Made by a program: the position numbers and the translations under genes
DNA from: Candidatus Scatomonas merdavium
Lineage (GTDB): Bacteria; Bacillota; Clostridia; Lachnospirales; Lachnospiraceae
Length of the DNA stretch: 47,487 bases
NCBI GenBank assembly: GCA_018716575.1
Contig: DVJR01000045.1
Coordinates: 1-47,487 of the forward strand
Reading direction: 5' to 3'
Notes under the pieces: generated by a model
Database searches by the model: none
Seen by the model: only the letters and a program-made list of their open reading frames with translations
Told to the model about the DNA's origin: nothing
In this document: one piece after another, positions 19,214-29,337 of the stretch
Layout of the letters: each line of letters starts with the position of its first letter
Position numbering within the stretch: the stretch's first letter is position 1

Positions 19214-20206
19214 ATGAAAATTCTATTTTATGACACCAAGGCTTACGACAAGGCTTCGTTTGAGGAGGAGAACCGCCGCCACCCGGCTGTGGAGATCGAC
19301 TATCTGAAGACAGATCTGGCTCCCCGGACGGCTCCGCTGGCGGAAGGGTACGACGCCGTCTGCGCCTTTGTCAATTCCGATGTGGGTACAGAGACGGTGG
19401 AGGCTCTCCAAAGGCATGGCGTGAGACTGATTCTGATGCGGTGCGCCGGCTTCAACAACGTGGATCTGGAGGCGGCGGACCGATGCGGCATAGCCGTCCT
19501 GCGGGTGCCGGGCTATTCTCCGGAGGCGGTGGCGGAGCACGCCATGGCGCTGGCTCTGGGCGTGAACCGAAGGCTGCATAAGGCCTATGTGAAGGTGAGA
19601 GAAAATGATTTTTCTCTGAACGGCCTGATGGGCATCAACTTTTATCAGAAAACGGCGGGAATCGTCGGGACGGGTAAGATCGGAGCAGCCATGGCGCGGA
19701 TCTGCCGGGGCTTCGGCATGAAGGTGCTGGCCTACGATCTCTATGAGAACCCGGCGCTGAAGGATTTTGTCACCTATGTGACCCTGGACGAGCTGCTGGG
19801 AGAGAGCGATCTGATTTCCCTGCACTGCCCGCTGCTGGAGAGCACCTACCATCTGATCAACCGGGATACTATTGCCAGAATGAAAGACGGGGTGATTCTG
19901 GTAAATACTTCACGGGGCGCCCTGGTTAAGACAGAGGATCTGATCGAAGGTATCCGCGCCCACAAGTTTTTCGGCGTGGGGCTGGACGTGTATGAGGAGG
20001 AGACGCCTAACGTGTTCGAGGACCGTTCAGAGCAGATTCTGGAACATTCCATTACCGCCCGGCTGCTTTCCTTCCCCAATGTGATGATTACCTCCCATCA
20101 GGGATTTTTCACCAGGGAGGCGCTTTCGGCTATTGCGGAAACCACGCTCGCCAATGCAGAGGCCTGGGAAAAAGGGGAGAAAACCGGAAATGAAGCGGGC
20201 CGGTGA
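19214..20206 (+). CDS. ldhA: D-2-hydroxyacid dehydrogenase (D-lactate dehydrogenase-like)
   Basis: RCAGFNNVD, RVPGYSPEAVAEH, GTGKIG, LHCPL, NTSRG, LDVYEEE, TSHQGF; GGAGG RBS. Confidence 0.85.
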   Translation: MKILFYDTKAYDKASFEEENRRHPAVEIDYLKTDLAPRTAPLAEGYDAVCAFVNSDVGTETVEALQRHGVRLILMRCAGFNNVDLEAADRCGIAVLRVPGYSPEAVAEHAMALALGVNRRLHKAYVKVRENDFSLNGLMGINFYQKTAGIVGTGKIGAAMARICRGFGMKVLAYDLYENPALKDFVTYVTLDELLGESDLISLHCPLLESTYHLINRDTIARMKDGVILVNTSRGALVKTEDLIEGIRAHKFFGVGLDVYEEETPNVFEDRSEQILEHSITARLLSFPNVMITSHQGFFTREALSAIAETTLANAEAWEKGEKTGNEAGR

Positions 20207-20209
20207 GAA

Positions 20210-20238
20210 TTGACTCCGCTCTGCATACATGTTAGAAT
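20210..20238 (+). promoter_or_regulatory. sigma-A promoter
   Basis: TTGACT, 17 bp spacer, TAGAAT with extended TG. Confidence 0.75.
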
Positions 20239-20268
20239 AAGCTATTATGGAAACATGAGAGGGAAAGT

Positions 20269-21660
20269 ATGACAGCGTATGAAATTCTGGTGGCTATACG
20301 GGATTTCCTCTGGGGACCGGTCATGCTGATATTGCTGGTGGGAACAGGCGTGTTCCTGACCTTCCGGCTGAAGTTTCTGCCCTGGAGGAATCTTCCGCAT
20401 GCCCTGAAATCGGTATTCGGGAAATCGGATCCGGAGACGAAGAAAACCGGAGACGGCGATATCACACCGTTTCAGTCTCTGATGACGGCTCTGGCCGCCA
20501 CTATCGGTACGGGCAATATCGTAGGAGTGGCTACGGCCCTGGTATCAGGCGGCCCCGGAGCTCTGTTCTGGATGTGGATCAGCGCTCTGTTCGGTCTGTC
20601 TACCAAATATGCGGAGAGCGTGCTGGCCGTAAAGTACAGAGAGAAGAACGCTGCCGGTGAATATGCGGGCGGTCCCATGTATGCCATGAAAAATGGTTTT
20701 CGTGCAAAGAGGCTGGGACGATTCCTGGGATTCTGTTTTGCTCTGTTTACGGTTCTGGCATCCTTCGGAATCGGCAACCTGACTCAGGCCAACTCTATTG
20801 CAGGCGCGGTGAGCGGAACTTTTTCTGTGCCTGCCTGGGTAACGGGCATCGTGCTGATTGGCCTGACGCTGGTGGTTCTGCTGGGAGGAATCAAGAGCAT
20901 CGGCCGTGTCTGTGAAAAGCTGGTGCCGACTATGGCGGTTCTGTACGTGGGCTTTGCGCTGATCGTCATTATCGGCAATTTTTCCAACGTGCCTTCGGGA
21001 GTGGCCCAGATCTTTTCCATGGCCTTTTCTGTGAGGAGTGTGGGCGGCGGTATCGCCGGAACAGTAATTATGCAGGCCATGCGCTGGGGTGTGGCCAGAG
21101 GCGTATTCTCCAATGAAGCAGGACTGGGTTCGGCGCCTATAGCGGCAGCTGCGGCCAGGACGGATCATCCGTCCCGCCAGGGCTACATTAATATGACAGG
21201 TACGTTTTTCGATACACTGATTGTCTGTACGATCACCGGTCTGGTAATCGCTTCTTCCGGAATGCTGGGAACGGTGGACGCAGCCGGCAATCCGGTGACG
21301 GGCGTCGCTCTGACTATTTCCGCATTTTCTACAGTACTTGGCAGCCTGGGCGGGTTTGTGGTGACAATAGGTATTGCGCTGTTTGCCTTTTCCACCATTC
21401 TGGGATGGGAGTATTACGGTGAGAAGGCATTGGAATATCTGGTGAAATCACCTGTGGTCTGCAGGTGCTACCGCCTGATTTTCTGCCTGATTTCTTATGT
21501 GGGGGCCACGACGGCTCTGCAGGTGGTCTGGGATTTTTCTGATGTGGTAAACGGCCTGATGGCCATACCGAACCTGATCTGCCTGTTGGTGCTGAGCCGT
21601 GAGGTGGCGGGTGAATGCTTCGATTATCAGAAAAAATATCTGAAGAAAAAACGCGGATAA
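20269..21660 (+). CDS. sodium:alanine/glycine symporter (AGCS family)
   Basis: GTGNIVGVA, GGPGALFWMW, GGPMY, RGVFSNEAGLGSAP, FFDTLIVCT, NGLMAIPNL. Confidence 0.95.
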   Translation: MTAYEILVAIRDFLWGPVMLILLVGTGVFLTFRLKFLPWRNLPHALKSVFGKSDPETKKTGDGDITPFQSLMTALAATIGTGNIVGVATALVSGGPGALFWMWISALFGLSTKYAESVLAVKYREKNAAGEYAGGPMYAMKNGFRAKRLGRFLGFCFALFTVLASFGIGNLTQANSIAGAVSGTFSVPAWVTGIVLIGLTLVVLLGGIKSIGRVCEKLVPTMAVLYVGFALIVIIGNFSNVPSGVAQIFSMAFSVRSVGGGIAGTVIMQAMRWGVARGVFSNEAGLGSAPIAAAAARTDHPSRQGYINMTGTFFDTLIVCTITGLVIASSGMLGTVDAAGNPVTGVALTISAFSTVLGSLGGFVVTIGIALFAFSTILGWEYYGEKALEYLVKSPVVCRCYRLIFCLISYVGATTALQVVWDFSDVVNGLMAIPNLICLLVLSREVAGECFDYQKKYLKKKRG

Positions 21661-21682
21661 CAGAAGCCGCAGCCGGAAGGAG

Positions 21683-22042
21683 ATGAGTGGCGTGACCTGC
21701 AGAGAGGCGCAGAATATGATTCGGGATTACATAGCGGGGAAGCTGTCTCCCAGGGAGCTGGAACGATTTATCGGACATATCCGGGACTGCGGGAGCTGTT
21801 ACGATGAGCTGGAGACATTTTTTATGATCGACAGGACGGTTAAGTATCTGGATGACGGCCTGGATCATTCCTTTAATCTGAAGTATCTGCTGGAAAAGGA
21901 TTTAAGAGAAAAAGAAAAGGCTCTGATATGGCGCAGGAGGAAGCATATTTTCTGGGCGGTTCTTCTGACTGTGGCTGCGGCGCTTATCGCGCTGGCCGCC
22001 CTGGACGTCCTGGGAATCTTCCGGGTTACGCAGCTGTTCTGA
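21683..22042 (+). CDS. zf-HC2 (ZAS anti-sigma-like) membrane protein
   Basis: C..HIRDCGSC (HxxxCxxC) plus a C-terminal TM helix. Confidence 0.8.
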   Translation: MSGVTCREAQNMIRDYIAGKLSPRELERFIGHIRDCGSCYDELETFFMIDRTVKYLDDGLDHSFNLKYLLEKDLREKEKALIWRRRKHIFWAVLLTVAAALIALAALDVLGIFRVTQLF

Positions 22043-22066
22043 CGGATGGCGGAAAGGATAATGACC

Positions 22067-24703
22067 ATGAAGGAAAAAATCGTACTGATTGACGGACACA
22101 GCATTCTGAACCGGGCATTTTACGGCCTTCCGGCTCTGACCAGCTCGGAAGGCGTGCATACCAATGCCGTCTACGGTTTTCTGAATATTCTGTTTAAAAT
22201 TCTGGAGGAGGAGAAGCCACAGTATCTCACTGTGGCTTTTGACCTGCATGCGCCCACCTTCCGGCATAAGATGTATCCGGAATACAAAGGCACCAGAAAG
22301 CCCATGCCTGAGGAGCTGCGGGAGCAGGTGCCGCTGATGAAGGAGGTCTTACGCTCCATGGGCGTGCTGATCGCGGAGCAGGAGGGCTATGAGGCGGATG
22401 ACATTCTGGGTACTCTGGCCCGCCGGGGAGCGGAGCGGGGCCTTGACGTGACCATCGTATCGGGGGACCGGGATCTGCTTCAGCTGGCCACGGACGACGT
22501 GCTGGTGCGGATACCCAAGACGCGGATGGGCAAGACTGTGATCGAGGACTACCATACGGCGGAGGTGCTGGAAAAGTATCAGGTGAAGCCCCTGCAGATC
22601 ATCGATCTGAAGGCTCTGATGGGTGATTCCTCTGATAATATCCCGGGGATTCCGGGCGTGGGAGAGAAAACCGCCACGAGGATCATCGTGGAATTTGGCA
22701 GCGTGGAGAACGCCCACGACCATCTGGAGGAAATCAAACCGAAGAAAGCCATGGAGTCTCTGCGGGATCATTACGACCTGGCGGTTCTTTCCAAGAAGCT
22801 GGCTGCGATTCAGACGGACAGCCCTGTGGAATGGGACTCTGAAAAGGCCAGGCTGGGCAGTCTCTATACGCCGGAAGCCTACGAGATGTTCCGGCGGCTG
22901 GATTTCAAAAACCTGCTGGGCCGTTTTGAGCAGAAGGATAAGACGGGGCTTTCAAAGGCGGCTATCCGCGTGCTGACGGATTTTCAGGAGGCGGAGAAAG
23001 CCTGCCGGAGAGCTGCGGAGGCGGAGCGCGCCGGGCTTTTTGCGCTGGCGGAGAAGGAAAAAATCTTTGGCCTGGCGGTGTCGCTGTCGGCGGAGGATAC
23101 TTTTTATATACCGGTATCCGGTTTCCTGACATCTGAATATTTGCGGACGGAGGCGGAGCGGATTGCAGACGGAGCCGGAGAAATTTTTGTGCCTGGCCTG
23201 AAAGCATTTCTGAAAGCGGCAGACGTGAAGGAGCGGGAAGGTGTCTTTGATATCCGGATTGCGGCCTATCTTTTAAATCCCCTGAAAGCGGATTATGCCT
23301 GCGACGACATTGCGAAAGAATATCTTCAGGAGACGCTTTCCTCTGCCGAGGAAATTTTCGGGAAATCGAAAATCCCTTCTGCGGCGGACATGACGGAAGA
23401 GCAGGCTGTGCTCTACGCGGGACAGAACGCCTATGTGGCGCTGGCGGCCGCGGAGCCGCTTCTGGAAGGGCTGGAGGAGCAGGGGATGCTGCGCCTTTAC
23501 CGGGAGATCGAGATGCCGCTGGTCTATACTCTGGATCACATGGAGCGCGCAGGCATCGCCGTGCGTGCCGATGAGCTGGAGGAATACGGAAGAAAGCTCC
23601 AGTCCGGCATCGAAGAGGTGGAGCAGAAGATCTATGCCCAGGCGGGCGAAACCTTCAATATCAATTCACCGAAGCAGCTGGGAGTGATTCTGTTCGAAAA
23701 GCTTAAGCTGCCGGGCGGGAAAAAGACTAAGAGCGGCTATTCCACGGCGGCAGGCGAGCTGGAGCGGCTGGAGCCGGAGGCGCCCATCGTGGCGGATATC
23801 CTGGAATACCGGCAGCTTACAAAGCTGAAATCTACCTATGCGGACGGCCTGCAGAATTTTGTGGGGGAGGATGGAAGAATTCATTCCAGCTTCCATCAGA
23901 CTATTACGGCCACCGGCAGGATCAGCAGCACCGATCCGAACCTGCAGAATATTCCGGTTCGTATGGAGCTTGGCCGGCAGATCCGCAAGGTATTTGCGGC
24001 GGGTGAGGGCTGCGTGTTTATTGACGCCGATTATTCGCAGATTGAGCTGCGTGTTCTGGCTCATCTCTCAGGGGATGAAAAGCTGATTCAGGCATACCGG
24101 GAGGCCAGAGATATTCACAGGATCACAGCTTCCGAAGTGTTTCATGTGCCTTTTGATCAGGTGACGCCTCTGCAGAGGCGGAATGCCAAAGCCGTCAATT
24201 TCGGAATCGTATACGGCATCAGCTCATTTGGGCTGAGCCAGGATCTGAGCATCAGCCGGAAGGAGGCGGCGGACTATATCGAAAAGTATTTCCATACCTA
24301 TCCGGATATTAAGGCATTTCTGGATCGGATGGTGGCAGAGGCGAAGGAAAGAGGGTATGCGGTGACTATGTTCGGGCGGCGCAGGCCCGTGCCGGAGCTT
24401 TCGTCGGGCAATTATATGCAGCGTTCTTTTGGAGAACGGGTGGCAATGAACTCGCCCATCCAGGGAACTGCCGCGGATATTATCAAAATCGCCATGCTCC
24501 GGGTGGACCGGCGGTTGAGAAAAGAGGGCTTTCAGGCCAGACTGCTGCTCCAGGTACACGACGAGCTGCTGATCGAAGCGCCGGAGACAGAGGTAGAGGC
24601 GGTATGCGCTCTGCTGGAAGAGGAGATGAAGGGAGCGGCCGATCTGGCTGTGGAGCTGGAAGTGGACATGCACACCGGAAAAAACTGGTATGAAGCAAAA
24701 TAG
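22067..24703 (+). CDS. polA: DNA polymerase I
   Basis: LIDGHS..RAFY, YEADD, GDSSDNIPG, DYSQIELR, KAVNFGIVYG, QVHDEL. Confidence 0.98.
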   Translation: MKEKIVLIDGHSILNRAFYGLPALTSSEGVHTNAVYGFLNILFKILEEEKPQYLTVAFDLHAPTFRHKMYPEYKGTRKPMPEELREQVPLMKEVLRSMGVLIAEQEGYEADDILGTLARRGAERGLDVTIVSGDRDLLQLATDDVLVRIPKTRMGKTVIEDYHTAEVLEKYQVKPLQIIDLKALMGDSSDNIPGIPGVGEKTATRIIVEFGSVENAHDHLEEIKPKKAMESLRDHYDLAVLSKKLAAIQTDSPVEWDSEKARLGSLYTPEAYEMFRRLDFKNLLGRFEQKDKTGLSKAAIRVLTDFQEAEKACRRAAEAERAGLFALAEKEKIFGLAVSLSAEDTFYIPVSGFLTSEYLRTEAERIADGAGEIFVPGLKAFLKAADVKEREGVFDIRIAAYLLNPLKADYACDDIAKEYLQETLSSAEEIFGKSKIPSAADMTEEQAVLYAGQNAYVALAAAEPLLEGLEEQGMLRLYREIEMPLVYTLDHMERAGIAVRADELEEYGRKLQSGIEEVEQKIYAQAGETFNINSPKQLGVILFEKLKLPGGKKTKSGYSTAAGELERLEPEAPIVADILEYRQLTKLKSTYADGLQNFVGEDGRIHSSFHQTITATGRISSTDPNLQNIPVRMELGRQIRKVFAAGEGCVFIDADYSQIELRVLAHLSGDEKLIQAYREARDIHRITASEVFHVPFDQVTPLQRRNAKAVNFGIVYGISSFGLSQDLSISRKEAADYIEKYFHTYPDIKAFLDRMVAEAKERGYAVTMFGRRRPVPELSSGNYMQRSFGERVAMNSPIQGTAADIIKIAMLRVDRRLRKEGFQARLLLQVHDELLIEAPETEVEAVCALLEEEMKGAADLAVELEVDMHTGKNWYEAK

Positions 24704-24715
24704 AGGGAAAGGTAT

Positions 24716-25315
24716 ATGAAAATCATAGGAATTACAGGGGGCGTGGGTTCCGGCAAAAGTGAAATCATGGCCTATCTGGAAAGGCAGTACCGGGCGGCGG
24801 TTCTCCGGGCGGACGATATCGGACACCGGCTGATCCGCCGGGAGGGTTCCTGCTATGATCAGGTACTGAAGCTGTTCGGGCAGGAAGTGATCCGGGAGGA
24901 CGGCGAGCTGGACCGGGCGGCCATGGCAAAGCGGATGTTCCGGGAGCCGGAGCTTCGAAAGGCCATGAATGGGATCATTCATCCGGCAGTACGCACTTAT
25001 ATTCTGCAGGCGATCAGCGATGAACAGGCTGCAGGGAGGCGCTTCTTTTTCCTGGAGGCAGCTTTGCTGATTGAAGAAAAATATGATGAAATCTGTGATG
25101 AATTGTGGTATGTTTATGCAGAGGAGAGTGTTCGGAGGGAGCGGCTGAAGGCCAGCCGTCAGTATTCCGGCGAGAAAATCCGTCAGATTATGGCCAGTCA
25201 GCTCACGGAAGAAGAATTCCGCAGAGCCTGCTGTTTTACAGTTGACAACAGCGGTTCTTTTTCTGATACGGCCAGACAGATAGATGCAAGGATGAAACGG
25301 TATGAGATTATGTAG
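24716..25315 (+). CDS. coaE: dephospho-CoA kinase
   Basis: IGITGGVGSGKS, IIHPAV, EAALL; follows polA. Confidence 0.95.
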   Translation: MKIIGITGGVGSGKSEIMAYLERQYRAAVLRADDIGHRLIRREGSCYDQVLKLFGQEVIREDGELDRAAMAKRMFREPELRKAMNGIIHPAVRTYILQAISDEQAAGRRFFFLEAALLIEEKYDEICDELWYVYAEESVRRERLKASRQYSGEKIRQIMASQLTEEEFRRACCFTVDNSGSFSDTARQIDARMKRYEIM

Positions 25316-26099
25316 TATAGCCAGCGGCAGCAGCGGCAACTGTATATATGCGGGGAGCGATACCACCAGTGTGCTGGTGGACGCGGGAATCAGCTGCAAA
25401 AGAATCGAACAGGGACTGAACGCTATCGGGCTTTCCGGAGCGGAAATGGCGGCAGTCCTGGTGACGCATGAGCATTCCGACCATATACGGGGTCTGGGTG
25501 TTCTGGCCAGAAAGAGGGGAATTCCCATCTACGCTACCCGGGAGACATATGAGGCTATTCTGGCCTGTCCGTCTCTGGGAGAAATACCCGATGGACTCTA
25601 TCACGAAATTTTGCCGGATTGTCCGGTGGAGATCGGGGATCTGACCGTAGATCCCTTCTCTATCTCCCATGACGCAGCCAATCCGGTGGGATACCGGATC
25701 AGCCATGAAGGGCATTCGGCGGCTGTGGCCACGGATCTGGGAGTATACGATACGTATATTGTTAATCATCTGCAGCACCTGGATGTGCTTCTGCTGGAGG
25801 CCAACCACGACGTACATATGCTGGAGGTGGGAACCTATCCCTATTATCTGAAACAGCGGATTCTGGGCAACCGGGGGCACCTGTCCAATGAGATGGCAGG
25901 TCAGCTGCTCTGTGAGGTACTTCATGATGACATGAAGCAGATCGTGCTGGGGCACCTGAGCAAAGAGAACAATTATCCTGCTCTGGCTTATGAGACGGTT
26001 TGCGCGGAAGTAACCATGGGTGACAACCCTTATAAGTCTAAAGATTTTCATATCAGCGTGGCAAAGAGAGATGAGATCTGTGAAGTGATCGATTTCTGA
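25302..26099 (+). CDS. MBL-fold metallo-hydrolase (WalJ/YycJ-like)
   Basis: SGSSGNC, THEHSDH, SHDAANP, LEANHD, GHLSN, GHLSKENN. Confidence 0.9.
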   Translation: MRLCSIASGSSGNCIYAGSDTTSVLVDAGISCKRIEQGLNAIGLSGAEMAAVLVTHEHSDHIRGLGVLARKRGIPIYATRETYEAILACPSLGEIPDGLYHEILPDCPVEIGDLTVDPFSISHDAANPVGYRISHEGHSAAVATDLGVYDTYIVNHLQHLDVLLLEANHDVHMLEVGTYPYYLKQRILGNRGHLSNEMAGQLLCEVLHDDMKQIVLGHLSKENNYPALAYETVCAEVTMGDNPYKSKDFHISVAKRDEICEVIDF

Positions 26100-26125
26100 T
26101 GCAGCCGCAGTATAAGGAGGAAAAG

Positions 26126-26398
26126 ATGAAAAAAACAATTATTACGGTGGTGGGCCGCGATACGGTGGGCATCATTGCCAGAGTCTGCAACTATCTGGCG
26201 GAGAATCAGGTGAATATAGAAGACATTTCTCAGACGATTGTTCAGGGCTATTTCAATATGATGATGGTGACGGATACTTCCAAATCTCCCAAATCCGGGG
26301 GAGAACTGGCGGAAGAGCTGAAGAAGATTGGAGAAGAGATCGGTGTGGTGATCCGCTGTCAGCATGAGGACATTTTTAATATGATGCACAGGATCTGA
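26126..26398 (+). CDS. ACT domain protein (UPF0237)
   Basis: [31 protein letters not shown]; AAGGAGG RBS. Confidence 0.9.
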   Translation: MKKTIITVVGRDTVGIIARVCNYLAENQVNIEDISQTIVQGYFNMMMVTDTSKSPKSGGELAEELKKIGEEIGVVIRCQHEDIFNMMHRI

Positions 26399-26427
26399 AA
26401 GCCGGGAACAGGAAGGAACAGAAAATC

Positions 26428-27792
26428 ATGATAAACATGTTTGAAGTCAATGAGACAAATCAGATGATCGAGCAGGAGAATCTGGATGTGAGGACCATCA
26501 CCCTGGGCATCAGCCTGATGGACTGCATCGATTCCAGCCTGGACAAGGTGAACCGGAAAATATATGACAAGATTACCGCCACAGCCAGGAATCTGGTGCA
26601 GACCGGACAGGAAATCGAGGCGGAATTCGGCATCCCCATCGTCAACAAACGGATTTCCGTGACGCCCATCGCCCTGGTGGGGGGAGCGGCCTGCCGGACG
26701 CCGGAGGATTTCGTATCTCTGGCGGAAACTTTGGACAGAGCCGCCCATGAGGTGGGCGTAAACTTTATAGGAGGCTATTCGGCACTGGTGTCCAAGGGAA
26801 TGACCAAGGCGGACGAGCTGCTGATCCGTTCTATTCCCATGGCCATGGCACGGACAGAACGGGTGTGCAGTTCGGTCAATGTAGGATCCACCAAAACGGG
26901 CATTAATATGGATGCGGTAAAGCTCATGGGCGAAATCGTGAAGATGACTGCCGAGAGCACAAAGGATAACAGCTGCATGGGCTGTGCCAAGCTGGTGGTG
27001 TTCTGCAACGCGCCGGATGACAATCCCTTTATGGCGGGAGCCTTCCACGGCGTGACCGAAGCGGACGCGGTGATTAATGTGGGCGTTTCCGGCCCCGGCG
27101 TGGTGAAGCACGCCCTGGAGAAGGTTCGGGGAGAAAGCTTTGAGGTGCTCTGCGAGACCATTAAAAAGACGGCTTTCAAGATTACAAGAGTAGGTCAGCT
27201 GGTAGCCCGGGAAGCCTCCCGGCTGCTGGACATCCCCTTTGGCATCATAGACCTGTCCCTGGCTCCGACGCCTGCCGTGGGAGATTCGGTGGCAGGGATT
27301 CTGGAAGAGATCGGCCTGGAGGCCGCCGGTGCGCCTGGTACTACGGCGGCGCTGGCTCTGTTAAACGACCAGGTGAAAAAAGGCGGCGTCATGGCATCCT
27401 CCTATGTGGGGGGATTGAGCGGCGCATTCATCCCGGTCAGCGAGGACCAGGGGATGATCGATGCAGTGAACGCCGGAGCCCTGACCCTGGAGAAGCTGGA
27501 GGCCATGACCTGCGTCTGCTCTGTGGGGCTTGATATGATCGCGGTTCCGGGGGATACGGGAAGCGCCACTATCGCGGGCATCATCGCCGACGAGATGGCT
27601 ATAGGAATGGTAAATCAGAAGACTACGGCGGTTCGTCTGATTCCGGTGATTGGAAAGGGCGTTGGAGATACGGTGGAATTCGGAGGGCTTCTGGGACACG
27701 CCCCCATCATGCCGGTGAACCGCTTTTCCTGCGAGGCCTTTGTGAGCCGGACCGGGAGAATCCCGGCTCCGATTCACAGCTTTAAAAATTAG
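26428..27792 (+). CDS. DUF711/UPF0210 PFL-like family protein
   Basis: [53 protein letters not shown]. Confidence 0.92.
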   Translation: MINMFEVNETNQMIEQENLDVRTITLGISLMDCIDSSLDKVNRKIYDKITATARNLVQTGQEIEAEFGIPIVNKRISVTPIALVGGAACRTPEDFVSLAETLDRAAHEVGVNFIGGYSALVSKGMTKADELLIRSIPMAMARTERVCSSVNVGSTKTGINMDAVKLMGEIVKMTAESTKDNSCMGCAKLVVFCNAPDDNPFMAGAFHGVTEADAVINVGVSGPGVVKHALEKVRGESFEVLCETIKKTAFKITRVGQLVAREASRLLDIPFGIIDLSLAPTPAVGDSVAGILEEIGLEAAGAPGTTAALALLNDQVKKGGVMASSYVGGLSGAFIPVSEDQGMIDAVNAGALTLEKLEAMTCVCSVGLDMIAVPGDTGSATIAGIIADEMAIGMVNQKTTAVRLIPVIGKGVGDTVEFGGLLGHAPIMPVNRFSCEAFVSRTGRIPAPIHSFKN

Positions 27793-29036
27793 AGGAATAA
27801 GAACTTACGGGAATATTCATGAACGAAGGGCTGTCTGCTTTTCTGGCTGCGTACGGTTTCGTACAGGTTGGAGGCAAACAGCTCTTTGTCATATGCGCCT
27901 GCCGGAAGAGAGGCCGGCTTTGTGATCAGGGGCAGAGCTCCCGCGTCTCTGACAGCGGCCGGAAGAGCACAGCCGGACCGGAGCCCCAGCATCCGCGCAA
28001 AGGCGGGGGCTGCCGCCGCTTCACTGTCTTTCGCAGTCAGGCCCAGGAGAATGTGCAGCAGGGCGCGGTTAACGGCGGTGCGGGTGATGTTGCGGGTCTT
28101 CAGAAGCTCTGCAAACTGTGAAAAGGAATAAAAATTGTTCAGGCAGTTGCAGATCCGGGCGGCCAGATCAGAGGAAACGTCCAGATAGCGGGTCAGGCTT
28201 TCCGGCGTCTCCTTTAGCAGCTGGTATTTCAGAGGCAGAGAGAAATCGTCCTCCGTCAGCAGGCCGGAGGATTTCCGGGCGCGTTCAAGCAGGGGAAATA
28301 TCTCTTCCGGCATCTGGCCGCGCACAGCGTCTGCTCCTGTGTCCAGCAGGGCGCGGCGTATGGCTGTAGCAGAACTGAAAGTGGCGGAAAGCTCCGCCTG
28401 GTGATAGCTGCTTCCTATGCGGGGCAGAGTCCGGGGCCGAATGGAGCTTCCCCTTTGCCGGAGGGCCAGGCAGTATTCCAGCCCCAGAATATTGTTGGGG
28501 GAGGAGAGGAAGGAACGGATGCCTCCGGCCGCGGCCAGGGCAGAGGCCGCTTCCGCCGCCTTATGATTTTCCGGAGAACCGGAGAGATACTGCTCCAGGG
28601 CCTGCAGCCTGGCGGCCGGGAAGGAAATTCCGTTCCGGAGAGCATCCTTAAGGGCGCGCTGATAGCTTTCAGGCTCTTCCAGAAGAATGCCCGGCAGAGT
28701 CAGAAAGGGCGCTTCTGTGCCCGCTTCGCTGCCGAACCATAACTCGTCCACGGCGCCCAGGCCGTCCAGAATAGCGGCGGCCCCTTCGGCAAAACGCTGG
28801 GCGCTGCCGCAGGAGGCGGCCAGCGGCAGCTCCAGCACCAGATCCGCGCCGCAGCGCAGCGCCATTTCAGCCCTGCTGTATTTATCCAGAATGGCAGGAG
28901 TGCCTCTCTGGACATAATCGCCGCTTAAGACTACCACAATATAGTCCGGGGAAGCCAGTTCCCTGATTTTTGAAAGCTGCCACGCATGGCCGTTGTGGAA
29001 TGGGTTGTATTCTGCTATGACTGCCGCTGTTTTCAT
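27789..29036 (-). CDS. tmcAL: tRNA(Met) cytidine acetate ligase
   Basis: [37 protein letters not shown]. Confidence 0.88.
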   Translation of the reverse strand: MKTAAVIAEYNPFHNGHAWQLSKIRELASPDYIVVVLSGDYVQRGTPAILDKYSRAEMALRCGADLVLELPLAASCGSAQRFAEGAAAILDGLGAVDELWFGSEAGTEAPFLTLPGILLEEPESYQRALKDALRNGISFPAARLQALEQYLSGSPENHKAAEAASALAAAGGIRSFLSSPNNILGLEYCLALRQRGSSIRPRTLPRIGSSYHQAELSATFSSATAIRRALLDTGADAVRGQMPEEIFPLLERARKSSGLLTEDDFSLPLKYQLLKETPESLTRYLDVSSDLAARICNCLNNFYSFSQFAELLKTRNITRTAVNRALLHILLGLTAKDSEAAAAPAFARMLGLRSGCALPAAVRDAGALPLITKPASLPAGAYDKELFASNLYETVRSQKSRQPFVHEYSRKFLFL

Positions 29037-29188
29037 AAGGCCCTCCGTAATTCTGAAAACCGGATTTCAGGTGCGCATGATTTTTTCTATTATAACACAG
29101 GAAAAAGGCGGCTTCAGGATTTTTTGACGGGACTTTTTGGAATTCGCCGTGAAAAAAGGAATTGTATTGGAAAAAATACAGATTTCAG

Positions 29189-29238
29189 GTGTTAAAAAAT
29201 TAACTTTTCTTGAGAAGCGGAAATAACCGTAATATAAT
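29189..29238 (+). promoter_or_regulatory. Rex-like operator next to the sigma-A promoter of pta-ackA
   Basis: GTGTTAA-AAAA-TTAACTT (29189-29206); TTGAGA (29210-29215), 17 bp spacer, TATAAT (29233-29238). Confidence 0.65.
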
Positions 29239-29337
29239 TCAGTTAGTGGGTGTTATTACAAGAGAGAATACCCGTAAGACAGCGCCTGAGTTCTGCGGAA
29301 ATTTCAGGTGCTGATGTCATGGAAAGGAGTTAAAATC

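Noticed and set aside
20239-20268. Glycine riboswitch expected before an AGCS symporter
   Set aside because: The promoter is only ~30 bp from the start codon, leaving no room
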